Below, in pieces: positions 18,958 to 27,710 of a stretch of 64,000 nucleotides of DNA. Every line of letters begins with the position of its first letter. Within the stretch, counting starts at the first letter, position 1. Source of the DNA: a virus; the IMG/VR virus record IMGVR_UViG_3300036790_000178, positions 8,343 through 72,342 of that record; one strand, given 5' to 3'. A program made the translations under genes and the position numbers. The notes beneath the pieces are model-generated. The model saw only the letters and a program-made list of their open reading frames with translations. It did no database searches and was not told the origin of the DNA.

Positions 18958-19634
18958 TGCAGCGGATTCGCGGGAACGAAGGCCGAGAGGAGTGCCGTGG
19001 GATTGCCTACCGGCAGTCCTCCCGACCAGGACGGCTGGCCTGCGATCTGCGAGCCATTGGTCAACTGGCTCATGAGATTGTTCTGCGCCTGCTGCGCCGC
19101 GGCGAGTGAGACCAGCGGCTGCACGAAGTCCAAGCGATACGTGTGCTGCTGCTGAGTGTCGTCCTCGCCCGTGTCCTGCATGACAGTCAGCAGGCAATCG
19201 GTGTAGACATACGCGGGCGTGATGATCGAATAGGTACCGCCGGAGAGTGAGTGCTGCTGCAGCGCCTTGGTGAGCGCCGTCATCGTCGCGAGCTTCACCG
19301 CGAAGCCCCAGTTACCCTTGGCCGGAACCCGCATGATCACCGACACCGAAAGCGGCTGCGCGATGATGGCATTTGCCGCCACGGCCTGATTCGCTAACGG
19401 GTACATGCCGACTTCGTTCGCCTGCAACGTGCTGCCGGGCTGCACGATGTAATTGGCGAAGAGGTTATTGATGTCGGTGGGATTGCCGCCGGAGAGTGCG
19501 GTCGCGAGGAAGTTGGCGCCCTCGGTCAACGCGATGATCGGGAGCGCGCCGCCGATGTTTGAGGCAATGCCGCGCGTGAGGATGATGGGCGAGCCCTGGA
19601 GCGAGAGCTGCGACAGGGTTTGACCGACGCTCAC
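18954..19634 (-). CDS. Tail tube initiator/baseplate protein
   Basis: YPLANQAVAANAIIAQPL motif; follows tape measure. Confidence 0.6.
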   Translation of the reverse strand: MSVGQTLSQLSLQGSPIILTRGIASNIGGALPIIALTEGANFLATALSGGNPTDINNLFANYIVQPGSTLQANEVGMYPLANQAVAANAIIAQPLSVSVIMRVPAKGNWGFAVKLATMTALTKALQQHSLSGGTYSIITPAYVYTDCLLTVMQDTGEDDTQQQHTYRLDFVQPLVSLAAAQQAQNNLMSQLTNGSQIAGQPSWSGGLPVGNPTALLSAFVPANPLQ

Positions 19635-21214
19635 GGGCCGGCTCCGAGGCCCTGCGCGGCGAGGACAGGGTTCGCGCCGGTCTTGTGCGTGACACGCACG
19701 ATGACGCCAGAATCTGGCGCTGAGGCGCCCACCACGTAATGCTTCATGCGCCGCGGCATGTTGGCCCGAGTCTCGCCGACGTGAACGCCACTGAAGCCGC
19801 CGTACGCAGCGAGCGCCGCATCCAGATTGCCGAATTGCGCGCGAAGCTGAGAGAGGTACTTCCCCGCATCATTTCCTACGGCGAACACATCGAACGGATC
19901 AACGCCGCGAGATTTCGCGGTGGACGGGATATATTGAAATGGTCCGGCGGCACCAGTCTTTGAGTTGAGCGCGTTGTAATCTCCGCTCGACTCAACCATC
20001 ATAAGCCGCTCAAGCGTTCCAGTTGGAAGCTTGTACTTGCTGTCAATACCCTCAAGATATCCTGCGTAGGTATTCTTACTAGGACCTGTTAGGTTGAGGG
20101 CGAATTCATGGAACGATTCCCCGGCGGCGCGCGGAGATCCGGGTATGGGATTGCCTGTGACTCCAAGGCCGACATCGCGCATCACGGTCGCCAAAGAATG
20201 GAGCCCGCTCGCAATGGTCCCCGTGTCTGATACGAGCGAATCTACAGCCGCTTGGAATTTCTTCGAAGTCATTTGCGCCGAGAAGTTGTTCAGCAAGTCC
20301 GCCAGATTGTCGATTCCTTCCTTGACCAACGGGCCGGAGAGTAGCTTCGACAGAAAGCTACCGAAGGCTTGGGAGAGTTTCGCCAGCGGATCGGCTAGGG
20401 GAACCAAACCTTTCACGAAGATCGTGAAGATTTGATTCCCGGCAGTCTCCAGTTGCGTGGTGAATTTCTGCCACTTCAACGCGGTGGCGTCATCCAAGCC
20501 GAAGAGAGATTTGCCATTCTGCTCGCCGCTCAGCAGACCGGAGAACTCCTTATTCCCCATGGCCTTCAGGATCATGAGCTTTTCGAGGCCGCCGAATGCC
20601 CCGAGTTGATAGGCGTCGCTCGTTGTCCCGAGAAGACCACGAGGAGTCTCCTGCGCGAGCTTACGCATCGCCTTCAGCATGGCGATGGAGACTTGCTCTG
20701 TGCTGCCGTGCGGGTCCACGCCCAGCGCGTACAACGGACTCTGAAGCGCGGGATTGCTGATCGCCTGGTTGATCGCCGAGAGGAATCCTCCGGGATTGCC
20801 AAGTCTCTCCATGTTGACATCGAACGACCGCATGGAGCCAATGCTCATACCGAGGCCCATGGCGGAGCGGCGGTATCCAGAAACATCGCCAGCCATCCGA
20901 GTGATCCCAAAGAGCGAGCCGCCGAGCAGGCCGCTGCCGATGATGGTGCCCCACTTCAGCAGCTCGCCGGTGATCTTGAGCGTGTTGGAGAGAATCCCGG
21001 CACTGAATCCGGCGATCCCTTTCCAGGACTTCTCGACGCCGAAAATGGGCGAGGACGATCCCGAGCCGAATACCTTGGACTGCGCCTCTCCGACCTTGCC
21101 CCATAGACTAGGGGTGTCCGAGAGGCCCTTTTCGAAGGCCGAGAACTTGGCGGCGAACGCGGAGAACTTGGAGTCATCGATGGGGATTTCTAAAATCGGC
21201 ATTTTCAGGGCCAA
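19631..21214 (-). CDS. Short tape measure protein with C-terminal lytic transglycosylase (SLT) domain
   Basis: Helical body; VESSG, AAGPFQYIPSTA and ALAAYG motifs. Confidence 0.8.
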   Translation of the reverse strand: MALKMPILEIPIDDSKFSAFAAKFSAFEKGLSDTPSLWGKVGEAQSKVFGSGSSSPIFGVEKSWKGIAGFSAGILSNTLKITGELLKWGTIIGSGLLGGSLFGITRMAGDVSGYRRSAMGLGMSIGSMRSFDVNMERLGNPGGFLSAINQAISNPALQSPLYALGVDPHGSTEQVSIAMLKAMRKLAQETPRGLLGTTSDAYQLGAFGGLEKLMILKAMGNKEFSGLLSGEQNGKSLFGLDDATALKWQKFTTQLETAGNQIFTIFVKGLVPLADPLAKLSQAFGSFLSKLLSGPLVKEGIDNLADLLNNFSAQMTSKKFQAAVDSLVSDTGTIASGLHSLATVMRDVGLGVTGNPIPGSPRAAGESFHEFALNLTGPSKNTYAGYLEGIDSKYKLPTGTLERLMMVESSGDYNALNSKTGAAGPFQYIPSTAKSRGVDPFDVFAVGNDAGKYLSQLRAQFGNLDAALAAYGGFSGVHVGETRANMPRRMKHYVVGASAPDSGVIVRVTHKTGANPVLAAQGLGAGP

Positions 21215-21318
21215 CTTACGATCTCCTCACAAACTCGGTTTCTTGCGAATCGCGTCAACTACCCAGCGGGAACGAAACTCCTCCGCCTCGGCCCATTTGG
21301 ACTTTGGATCAAATAGCT

Positions 21319-21948
21319 TTAGGACTTCGCCGAATCGGCTGCCGGCGCAGCAGGACTCGAGAATGTGTCCCACCACGCCGCGACCTTCGCGCCAGAACTC
21401 GCGTCTCCGGTCCACGTCGGCAAGGAAGGAAGGAACTCCGCACAGGCCAAGAACGAGACGTGCGCACCTATCCGACTGGAGCACATCTGTAGGAATTGCT
21501 TCAGATTCTGCCTCGGGAAGTTCCGCGAGGCACATGTAAAAAAAACTGCCGCGGCCTGCACCTCTCTGGCCTCCCGAGCCGAGAGGATGTCATGCCCAAC
21601 ACAATCATCCAGCGGCACCATTTCCCACGACTTCGTGGATGGTGCAAACACATTGGTTAGGCGACGGACCTCGGCGAGCAGCCCGCGCTCTACGCCAATG
21701 CGCTTCTCCTTGGGATCGTCTGCCCATAATCCGATGCGTGTGGCTACGTCCTTGAGAACTAGGTCGGCATTGCGGATGCCCCCATTTCCGACGAGTCCAT
21801 CCGCAGACAGTTGCGCGTACGTAATGCTGAGCGGCCGGTGGAAGGCGATGAAGATATCTTCGTTGATCGGGGTCGAGTGGGCGAAGAGAATAACGCCATC
21901 GTCCCGCTCAATGGGCAGGATGAGGTTCAGGTCCTTGTCGATTCTCAT
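21319..21948 (-). CDS. Tail assembly chaperone; possible -1 frameshift extension to 21227
   Basis: Lies between tube and tape measure; GTT TTT TTT at 21546-21538; -1 frame open to 21227. Confidence 0.6.
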   Translation of the reverse strand: MRIDKDLNLILPIERDDGVILFAHSTPINEDIFIAFHRPLSITYAQLSADGLVGNGGIRNADLVLKDVATRIGLWADDPKEKRIGVERGLLAEVRRLTNVFAPSTKSWEMVPLDDCVGHDILSAREAREVQAAAVFFTCASRNFPRQNLKQFLQMCSSRIGAHVSFLACAEFLPSLPTWTGDASSGAKVAAWWDTFSSPAAPAADSAKS

Positions 21949-21951
21949 GTG

Positions 21952-22389
21952 CTAAGGCCAGAGACTCAGGTTGATGTTATATTGCCCACTCAGCACGACA
22001 AACAAATCAGGCTCTTCGCCGTTGAAGGCCATATCGCCCACGCTCTTAATTCCTACCTGCACAAGATCGAACGGAGACAGAACGGTCGTGTCCGGGCGCA
22101 CGGTGATCGCGCCGAGGATCGAATTGCTTTCCCACTGCTTTTTGTAGAGGTCGGCTAGGCCCTGAGACTTGATGAGATTGATGCGCACCTCGGCCATAAG
22201 GTACTGCTGCGGAGACTTCACGACGCCGACGGCGACGGGCAGGTCCTTGGTGGCATCGCCAGAAAGTGCGAGGTGGACCATCTGCTTGCCCAGGTACGGC
22301 GGCGTGACGTTGAGCGATGGGAAGGCGGGAATTGTGACGCTGGTATTGAGGAGCTGGAGAATTCCGGGAGAGATATTGGGGTTAGCCAC
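21952..22389 (-). CDS. Tail tube protein
   Basis: 145 aa, beta-rich, directly after the sheath-like gene. Confidence 0.6.
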   Translation of the reverse strand: MANPNISPGILQLLNTSVTIPAFPSLNVTPPYLGKQMVHLALSGDATKDLPVAVGVVKSPQQYLMAEVRINLIKSQGLADLYKKQWESNSILGAITVRPDTTVLSPFDLVQVGIKSVGDMAFNGEEPDLFVVLSGQYNINLSLWP

Positions 22390-22399
22390 GGTCTATACC

Positions 22400-23764
22400 T
22401 CAGCCCTGAACCAGAATGTTGATGATGATGTGCTTGAAGAGATGCGGCGCCCAGAATGCGATGGTCAGACCGCCATAGGTGTCGGCGGCGTACTGGGTCG
22501 GGTTCTCCTCGATGTAGTCGACGAACGGCACGGCGTTCACGACGTTCTGGCCGACGTAGTCGTCCGCGTCCAGATTGTCGATAAAGGCCTGCTGGTCGAG
22601 GTTCGCCCGCGCCGGCGTCGCCTGTGTGAGCGCGTACGCACCCATGTTCGAGAGCAGCTGGAACAGCGCGTCCTGCAGGCGATTGATACCGTCCTGGCTG
22701 TACCAGAGAGGATTGACCGAATTGTTCGATCCTTCGATGACCACGTTGGACGTGGTCTGGTCTGCGTTGATCTGCAGGTAGTCCACCGAGTACCACCAGG
22801 ACGCGTCCTCACCGTCTTGCATGGCGCCGGAGGAGATCATCGCATTCGAAAGGCCGCCCTCGGCAGCGGAGGCAACGTAGTTCACGTTGGCAGCGTCGAG
22901 CGCGGCGAGCAGTGCAGAGTTCCCGAGCGCCGGGTACACCGTCGCATCGTTGAGAAACGTATACGCATGCGGCGTCATGCGATTCACGGACGAAGGCGCG
23001 TAGGCCAGGAAGCTCTGGAAGTCCCCCGCTGCATCGAACTCAGTGGTCGAAACGCCAGGGGCCTCTATCCAGGGTCCGCAAATCGACTTCACGCCCGCGT
23101 ACTGTTGATAGGTCCCGGTGGTCGTCGTGACGAAGAAGTACGTCATCGACGTATCGGCCTTGAACGTCTTGGCAAGCGGCAGGAAGGTCGAGGAGCCGTC
23201 CCAGTTCTTCGGCACGAGGTAGGCGTAGAACACGCCAGGATTGGCCGTGATGAACGTACCGAGCGCGGTGGGCCCGGTGTTGAGGTCCGTTGCCCCGAGC
23301 TCGAGCACGTAGACCGCGCGGCGAGTCCCATGCGCGAAGAAATCCGTGATGGCGAGGCTGAGCATCACCTGCGACGGAGGCGCGTACGTGCCGCGTGCGC
23401 TCTCAGAGCCGGGGTTGCCGGCCAGCGGATAGGTGAAGGCGCTCGTTCCCGTCACGGTCGCGGTAACCGTGCCGTTGTAGCCGATCGGCGTGGCGCCGGC
23501 GACGGTGGTGAGGAAGGTGTCGCCCGTGGCGAGACCTGGGATCGGATTGGTCGTGGTTGCGGTGACGGTACCGCCCGACCAGGCCAAGCTCGAAATGGCG
23601 AGCGGGGCGGCGAGGATCGCCGTGAGGTCCGACGACTGCGTGATGAGCGCATAAGACCCGGCGGCGAGCGTGGTCGCGCCCTGGGAGAGGATGGCGCCTG
23701 TCTGCTGGCGCGTATTGGGTTTGGCTCCAATCAGCGTCGAGACGTTCAGTTGGACGATGGACAT
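22400..23764 (-). CDS. Tail sheath-like protein
   Basis: Start MSIVQLNVS; WYSVDYLQIN and NPLWYSQDGINRLQ motifs; size and position. Confidence 0.7.
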   Translation of the reverse strand: MSIVQLNVSTLIGAKPNTRQQTGAILSQGATTLAAGSYALITQSSDLTAILAAPLAISSLAWSGGTVTATTTNPIPGLATGDTFLTTVAGATPIGYNGTVTATVTGTSAFTYPLAGNPGSESARGTYAPPSQVMLSLAITDFFAHGTRRAVYVLELGATDLNTGPTALGTFITANPGVFYAYLVPKNWDGSSTFLPLAKTFKADTSMTYFFVTTTTGTYQQYAGVKSICGPWIEAPGVSTTEFDAAGDFQSFLAYAPSSVNRMTPHAYTFLNDATVYPALGNSALLAALDAANVNYVASAAEGGLSNAMISSGAMQDGEDASWWYSVDYLQINADQTTSNVVIEGSNNSVNPLWYSQDGINRLQDALFQLLSNMGAYALTQATPARANLDQQAFIDNLDADDYVGQNVVNAVPFVDYIEENPTQYAADTYGGLTIAFWAPHLFKHIIINILVQG

Positions 23765-23810
23765 GAGCGGCTCCGTGAGAGGAAGCGAAGGGCGCTTGAT
23801 GCGCTCGGGA

Positions 23811-24119
23811 TCAGACGAAGGAAACGGCGAGCGTCTGCCCGGTGCCGGGAACGACGACGATGCCGGTGCCGCAGGGCCAGTTGAACTCGTACGTCCCGAC
23901 GGTGTTCGGGATCGTCCCGAACTGGTTCGTGACGGCGGCGCTGCCCGTGGTGCTGGCATCGTTCACAGTGCCGGCAGCACTCCCGGCCACGAGCACGCTC
24001 ACCTTGCAGCAGATCCCCGGCGCGTTCTTGACGACGATTGCCGCGGTGATGTCGAGCTCTGCACGGGTCCCCCCGGGAAGTCCCGGCGAGACATCCACCG
24101 GGCCGACTGGCGTGGCCAT
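23811..24119 (-). CDS. Small virion protein
   Basis: Beta-rich; ends GIVVVPGTGQTLAVSF; TAATG coupling. Confidence 0.65.
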   Translation of the reverse strand: MATPVGPVDVSPGLPGGTRAELDITAAIVVKNAPGICCKVSVLVAGSAAGTVNDASTTGSAAVTNQFGTIPNTVGTYEFNWPCGTGIVVVPGTGQTLAVSFV

Positions 24120-24556
24120 TACTGGCTCGTCCCGTTGCTGCCGACGTCCTGGAAGGAAACGGCGGTGAGGCTTGTGATCTTCACCATGTACTCGCGCCAG
24201 CCGTTCTGCGCGACGCTGGTGGCGCCTGTGATCGTGACGCCCGTACCGCCCGCAATCGTCCAGGCGAAGGCGCCCGTCGACTCATTGATGATGCGCAGCT
24301 TGTAGGTGAAGCCCACATAGCGCTGCGCCTGCGGGATCGCCGCAATGATGTTCGCCGCGGTGTCGGTCGTCGCCGTCGCTCCGGCCGCCAGCACGCCCGT
24401 CATCGCGAGATGGACCTCTACGGCACCACCGGTCAGGGCGTTGGGCGCAGAAAGCGCGGTGTTGCCGGTTGCGGTGCTGGTGTTGTAATCGATGTTCGGC
24501 TGAGCCGACTCACGGAGCGCCGCGGGGTTGTTCCAGGGGAAAGCATTCTGGGGCAT
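24119..24556 (-). CDS. Capsid decoration/fibre-like protein
   Basis: TTDTAANIIAAIP, LRIIN and TIAGGTGVT motifs. Confidence 0.6.
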   Translation of the reverse strand: MPQNAFPWNNPAALRESAQPNIDYNTSTATGNTALSAPNALTGGAVEVHLAMTGVLAAGATATTDTAANIIAAIPQAQRYVGFTYKLRIINESTGAFAWTIAGGTGVTITGATSVAQNGWREYMVKITSLTAVSFQDVGSNGTSQ

Positions 24557-24568
24557 GACTGCTCCGAT

Positions 24569-25498
24569 TTATGAGTTGACGATCACCGTCGGAATCGCCG
24601 ACAGGATGAGCTTTTGAGCCACAGTATTGACACGGCTCTGCGTGTAGCTGACGCGGAAATCAATCGTTTTCTTCATCGCAATGGCCTGAAGTTCCGTCTG
24701 GGTACGCCGCTCGTCCGATATGGTCGGCATCGACATCAGGCCAAAGTTCTGCGTATCGCGGCTGTACTGAATGATGGCGTTCAAGTAGTCGATCGCCTCA
24801 TTGCTCTGGAGCCCGTAGAGCACGAGCCGCACACGATCCGCCACCGGCTGCATGCTCGAGGAGCTCGCATCAAGATACGGAATCGCGGCCAGCGGATCGG
24901 TACGGTCGATGATCACGGCCCCGTAGGGCGGCGCCAAATTCGGATCGACGATGTCGGCCGGGAACAACTCCACCTTCGGCGCGTAGCCGTAAATGGGCTT
25001 GTAGGAATTGAGCGCGATCCACAGCGCCAGCGAGTTCGAGGTGACCGCACGCTTCGGGTCGATTGCTCCTGGGATATCCAGAAGCTGCGACGCCAGTGCC
25101 GGATATATCGAGCGGCCGGCATAGTGCCACTGGCCCGCCTCCTCGTATCGTCCATTCTGCTGCGCGAAGGCGAAGCGAAACTCTCCGATGGTCGCGACAA
25201 AGATGGTTTGCGGCGGCGCGTCCGCGAATTCGGTGATGCGCGTCGAGGTGGTGAAGACCACGTGCGCGAGCCCCACCGTCTCATCCTCGTTCTGCTCGAT
25301 GTCCTGAGAGACGTGCAGCGAGCCCGGAACCGGATCCGTCTTTACGGTCGGCTGCCAATAGACGTATTTGTCGATGGGCAATACGACGCGCGAGTACGCC
25401 TGGAATGCAATCGACTGATCGCCGCTTAGTACCCGGCGCGATTCATTGAGGAGGCCGGCAATCTGCGAGGCATCTCCAGACTCATCGATGAGACCCAT
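24569..25498 (-). CDS. Head closure/tail completion-like structural protein
   Basis: YSRVVLPIDKYVYW and AMKKTIDFRVSYTQ motifs; neck region. Confidence 0.55.
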   Translation of the reverse strand: MGLIDESGDASQIAGLLNESRRVLSGDQSIAFQAYSRVVLPIDKYVYWQPTVKTDPVPGSLHVSQDIEQNEDETVGLAHVVFTTSTRITEFADAPPQTIFVATIGEFRFAFAQQNGRYEEAGQWHYAGRSIYPALASQLLDIPGAIDPKRAVTSNSLALWIALNSYKPIYGYAPKVELFPADIVDPNLAPPYGAVIIDRTDPLAAIPYLDASSSSMQPVADRVRLVLYGLQSNEAIDYLNAIIQYSRDTQNFGLMSMPTISDERRTQTELQAIAMKKTIDFRVSYTQSRVNTVAQKLILSAIPTVIVNS

Positions 25499-25501
25499 CT
25501 G

Positions 25502-26041
25502 CTACGACATCCAAGCGGCAAAGCTGTTGGCATAGGTGTGGGAATCGTAGAAGCTCGGCCGGCGAGGATTAGATTTCGCGTACGGATGCTTGCGGCGATG
25601 GTTCACGCCACGCGACGCCGCGCCGGTGGGCGTCCCCGGAATCCCGACCCGCTCGGCCTCAGAGCTCGAGATGAACTGCTTGAAGCGAGACTGGATCACC
25701 TGCATGCCGCGGCCGAAGGGATCCACGCGCCGGCCCATGACAAGCGCCTCGAGGGAGTTCTGCATGGAGATTCGGATCGAGCTTTCGATCGCGGTCCAGT
25801 GAACCCGCGCGAAGACCTGCATGATCCCGTACTCATTCTCGAGCCACTTCGCGACATCGGCGGTGGTGACGGGGCGGCTCTTCGCATCCTCGGCGCGATA
25901 GGGCTGCACGATGACGCCGAGGTTCAGTGTCGGCCTTCGGTTCGTCCCCAACGTCGGGACGTTCGGCGGAAAGACCGTGGGAATGTCCGGCGGGAAAACC
26001 GTCGGTATGACCCGGCTCGTGTCGTCGAGAATCGGGCTCAT
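25502..26041 (-). CDS. Neck protein with N-terminal IPTVFPP repeat
   Basis: LNLGV..QPY, GIPGTPT.AA.RGVNHR and RPSFYD motifs. Confidence 0.6.
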   Translation of the reverse strand: MSPILDDTSRVIPTVFPPDIPTVFPPNVPTLGTNRRPTLNLGVIVQPYRAEDAKSRPVTTADVAKWLENEYGIMQVFARVHWTAIESSIRISMQNSLEALVMGRRVDPFGRGMQVIQSRFKQFISSSEAERVGIPGTPTGAASRGVNHRRKHPYAKSNPRRPSFYDSHTYANSFAAWMS

Positions 26042-26802
26042 GAGATGCCAAAGAGCGTCGGCCCATAGGCCTGCGCGATCGAGATATAGGCCCGGCCAAA
26101 GGGCGTCTTCATCAGCTGCAGATCGCTCATCGTGAAGGTCTGCATCTGCTGCGGAATCACGTACGACCCGGACGTTCCCTGATCCGAGGCGGAATTGACG
26201 ATCCCGACGTTCAGCGCGACGAGGTCGAACTTCTTGCGCGCATCGGCAAGCAGCGTCTGTCCGGGAACATCGACACCGAAATTGATGAGCCGATCGGCCG
26301 CCAGGTTGTAGACCGCCTTGGTGTAGAGGAGCGGCGATGCCAGATTGATGAGCTCGTTCACCTCGGCGAGCGCCACGGCCAGGCTCTCAGAGAGGCTCGG
26401 CTGCACGATCAAGTACTGATCCCCGGGCGCCGGCGTCAGTCCCTGCGAGTTCCCCGTCGCCGTGATTTCGTTCCCGCCGGAATCGGTGACGAATGCTCCG
26501 GAGCTATCGATGAGCTGGACACCTCCGGAGGCCGTGATGAAGCTCGCGACGGTGAGCGTGTTCGAGACGACGAGGCCGCCCCAGCGCTGCGTAACATCGA
26601 AGAGGACACAGCCAGCCCACTCGTTATCAGGCCATTTCGCGGCCAGGTCCGTGAGCGTCGCCGTCGTGCCGGCGCTCACCGTTCCCGCCGCATAGGGGAA
26701 GGCGGGATATGGATAAGGAGGCGTCGCCGCTGGCAGTACGAGCCCGTACACGAACGTCCGATAATTGGCTAGGTTCGGGCAGAGCGGATTGACCAGGGCC
26801 AA
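26038..26802 (-). CDS. Head-tail adaptor-like protein with inserted beta domain
   Basis: TTG start with GGAGG; YTKAVYNLAADRLINF and DLQLMKTPFGRAY motifs. Confidence 0.65.
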   Translation of the reverse strand: MALVNPLCPNLANYRTFVYGLVLPAATPPYPYPAFPYAAGTVSAGTTATLTDLAAKWPDNEWAGCVLFDVTQRWGGLVVSNTLTVASFITASGGVQLIDSSGAFVTDSGGNEITATGNSQGLTPAPGDQYLIVQPSLSESLAVALAEVNELINLASPLLYTKAVYNLAADRLINFGVDVPGQTLLADARKKFDLVALNVGIVNSASDQGTSGSYVIPQQMQTFTMSDLQLMKTPFGRAYISIAQAYGPTLFGIS

Positions 26803-27064
26803 AGCGAGCCTCCAGCGATTGAAGAAATTGACCCCTCACCGGCACGCACGCTGGCTTTTCAGGAGGAGCCACAGAAGCCGCGGCGCACGCTATCCGCCCC
26901 GCCGTAGGTCGCGGGTTAGGCGACTCGCTCATCACGCACGGGAAAGACAAGGGTCCGCATGCTCAGGGCCGCCAGACGCACCGCAGGGGCAGTCGGGGTT
27001 ACTTCCGGCCGTGAGGCCGTAACGAGTCCGCCACTGGCCGACTGGGCGGGAGCCACCAGCACCG

Positions 27065-27631
27065 CTAGAGATGAGTTACGCCGCTCTCTCGGCCGCCGCG
27101 CGTCGACCGGTTGCGGGGAGTGACGCCCGACTGGACGGCTTCGGAGCCCTTGCCGGCCACATCGACGTCCTTCGACCTATCGGCTGCGACCTCGAGCTCG
27201 ACGCGCTGCGGAATCGGGGTGCCGGCCTCCTGCGCGCGTTCGCTCTGCTTGTCGAGCAGCGCCGCCGCGGTCGCATCGAGCATCTGGTCGCTGCGCGCCT
27301 CGGCCGCGGCCTTGTTCTGTTCGAGAGCATCCTCGATTCGACCGAGCTTGATCGGCTTGTCGCTCCAGATCATGCCGATGAAGCCGCGGGCGCGCTCGCC
27401 GTCGCGACGCGCACCGTAGTGTCCGGCCTGATGCTCGAAAATGTGCTTGAACTGATCGTCCGTGAATTCCTTGCCGCCGGCGAGTGCGACCTGGCCGCCG
27501 GCCGGGATCTTCTCGACGAAGAGCTTCTGGCTCCACATCATGCGCCCGCTCTTCGCATTCGCTTCCTCGGGCAGGCGATAGTTGAGCAGCGCGTTCTGTA
27601 CGGTGGTGTTGGCGACGTAGATCTTGGGCAT
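27065..27631 (-). CDS. Hypothetical head-associated protein
   Basis: Start MPKIYVANTT with GAGGAG SD; follows major capsid gene. Confidence 0.7.
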   Translation of the reverse strand: MPKIYVANTTVQNALLNYRLPEEANAKSGRMMWSQKLFVEKIPAGGQVALAGGKEFTDDQFKHIFEHQAGHYGARRDGERARGFIGMIWSDKPIKLGRIEDALEQNKAAAEARSDQMLDATAAALLDKQSERAQEAGTPIPQRVELEVAADRSKDVDVAGKGSEAVQSGVTPRNRSTRGGRESGVTHL

Positions 27632-27710
27632 TTCAGACTCCTCAGTGCTGAGGCGGCCCGCGCCACAATGGGCGGGCCGCCAGCACGATTTGACTCAGTG
27701 AGAGATCGAC

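Noticed and set aside
25950-26010. IPTVFPPD/IPTVFPPN/VPT repeat at a neck protein N-terminus
   Set aside because: A short in-frame duplication with synonymous divergence and no evidence of a separate function.
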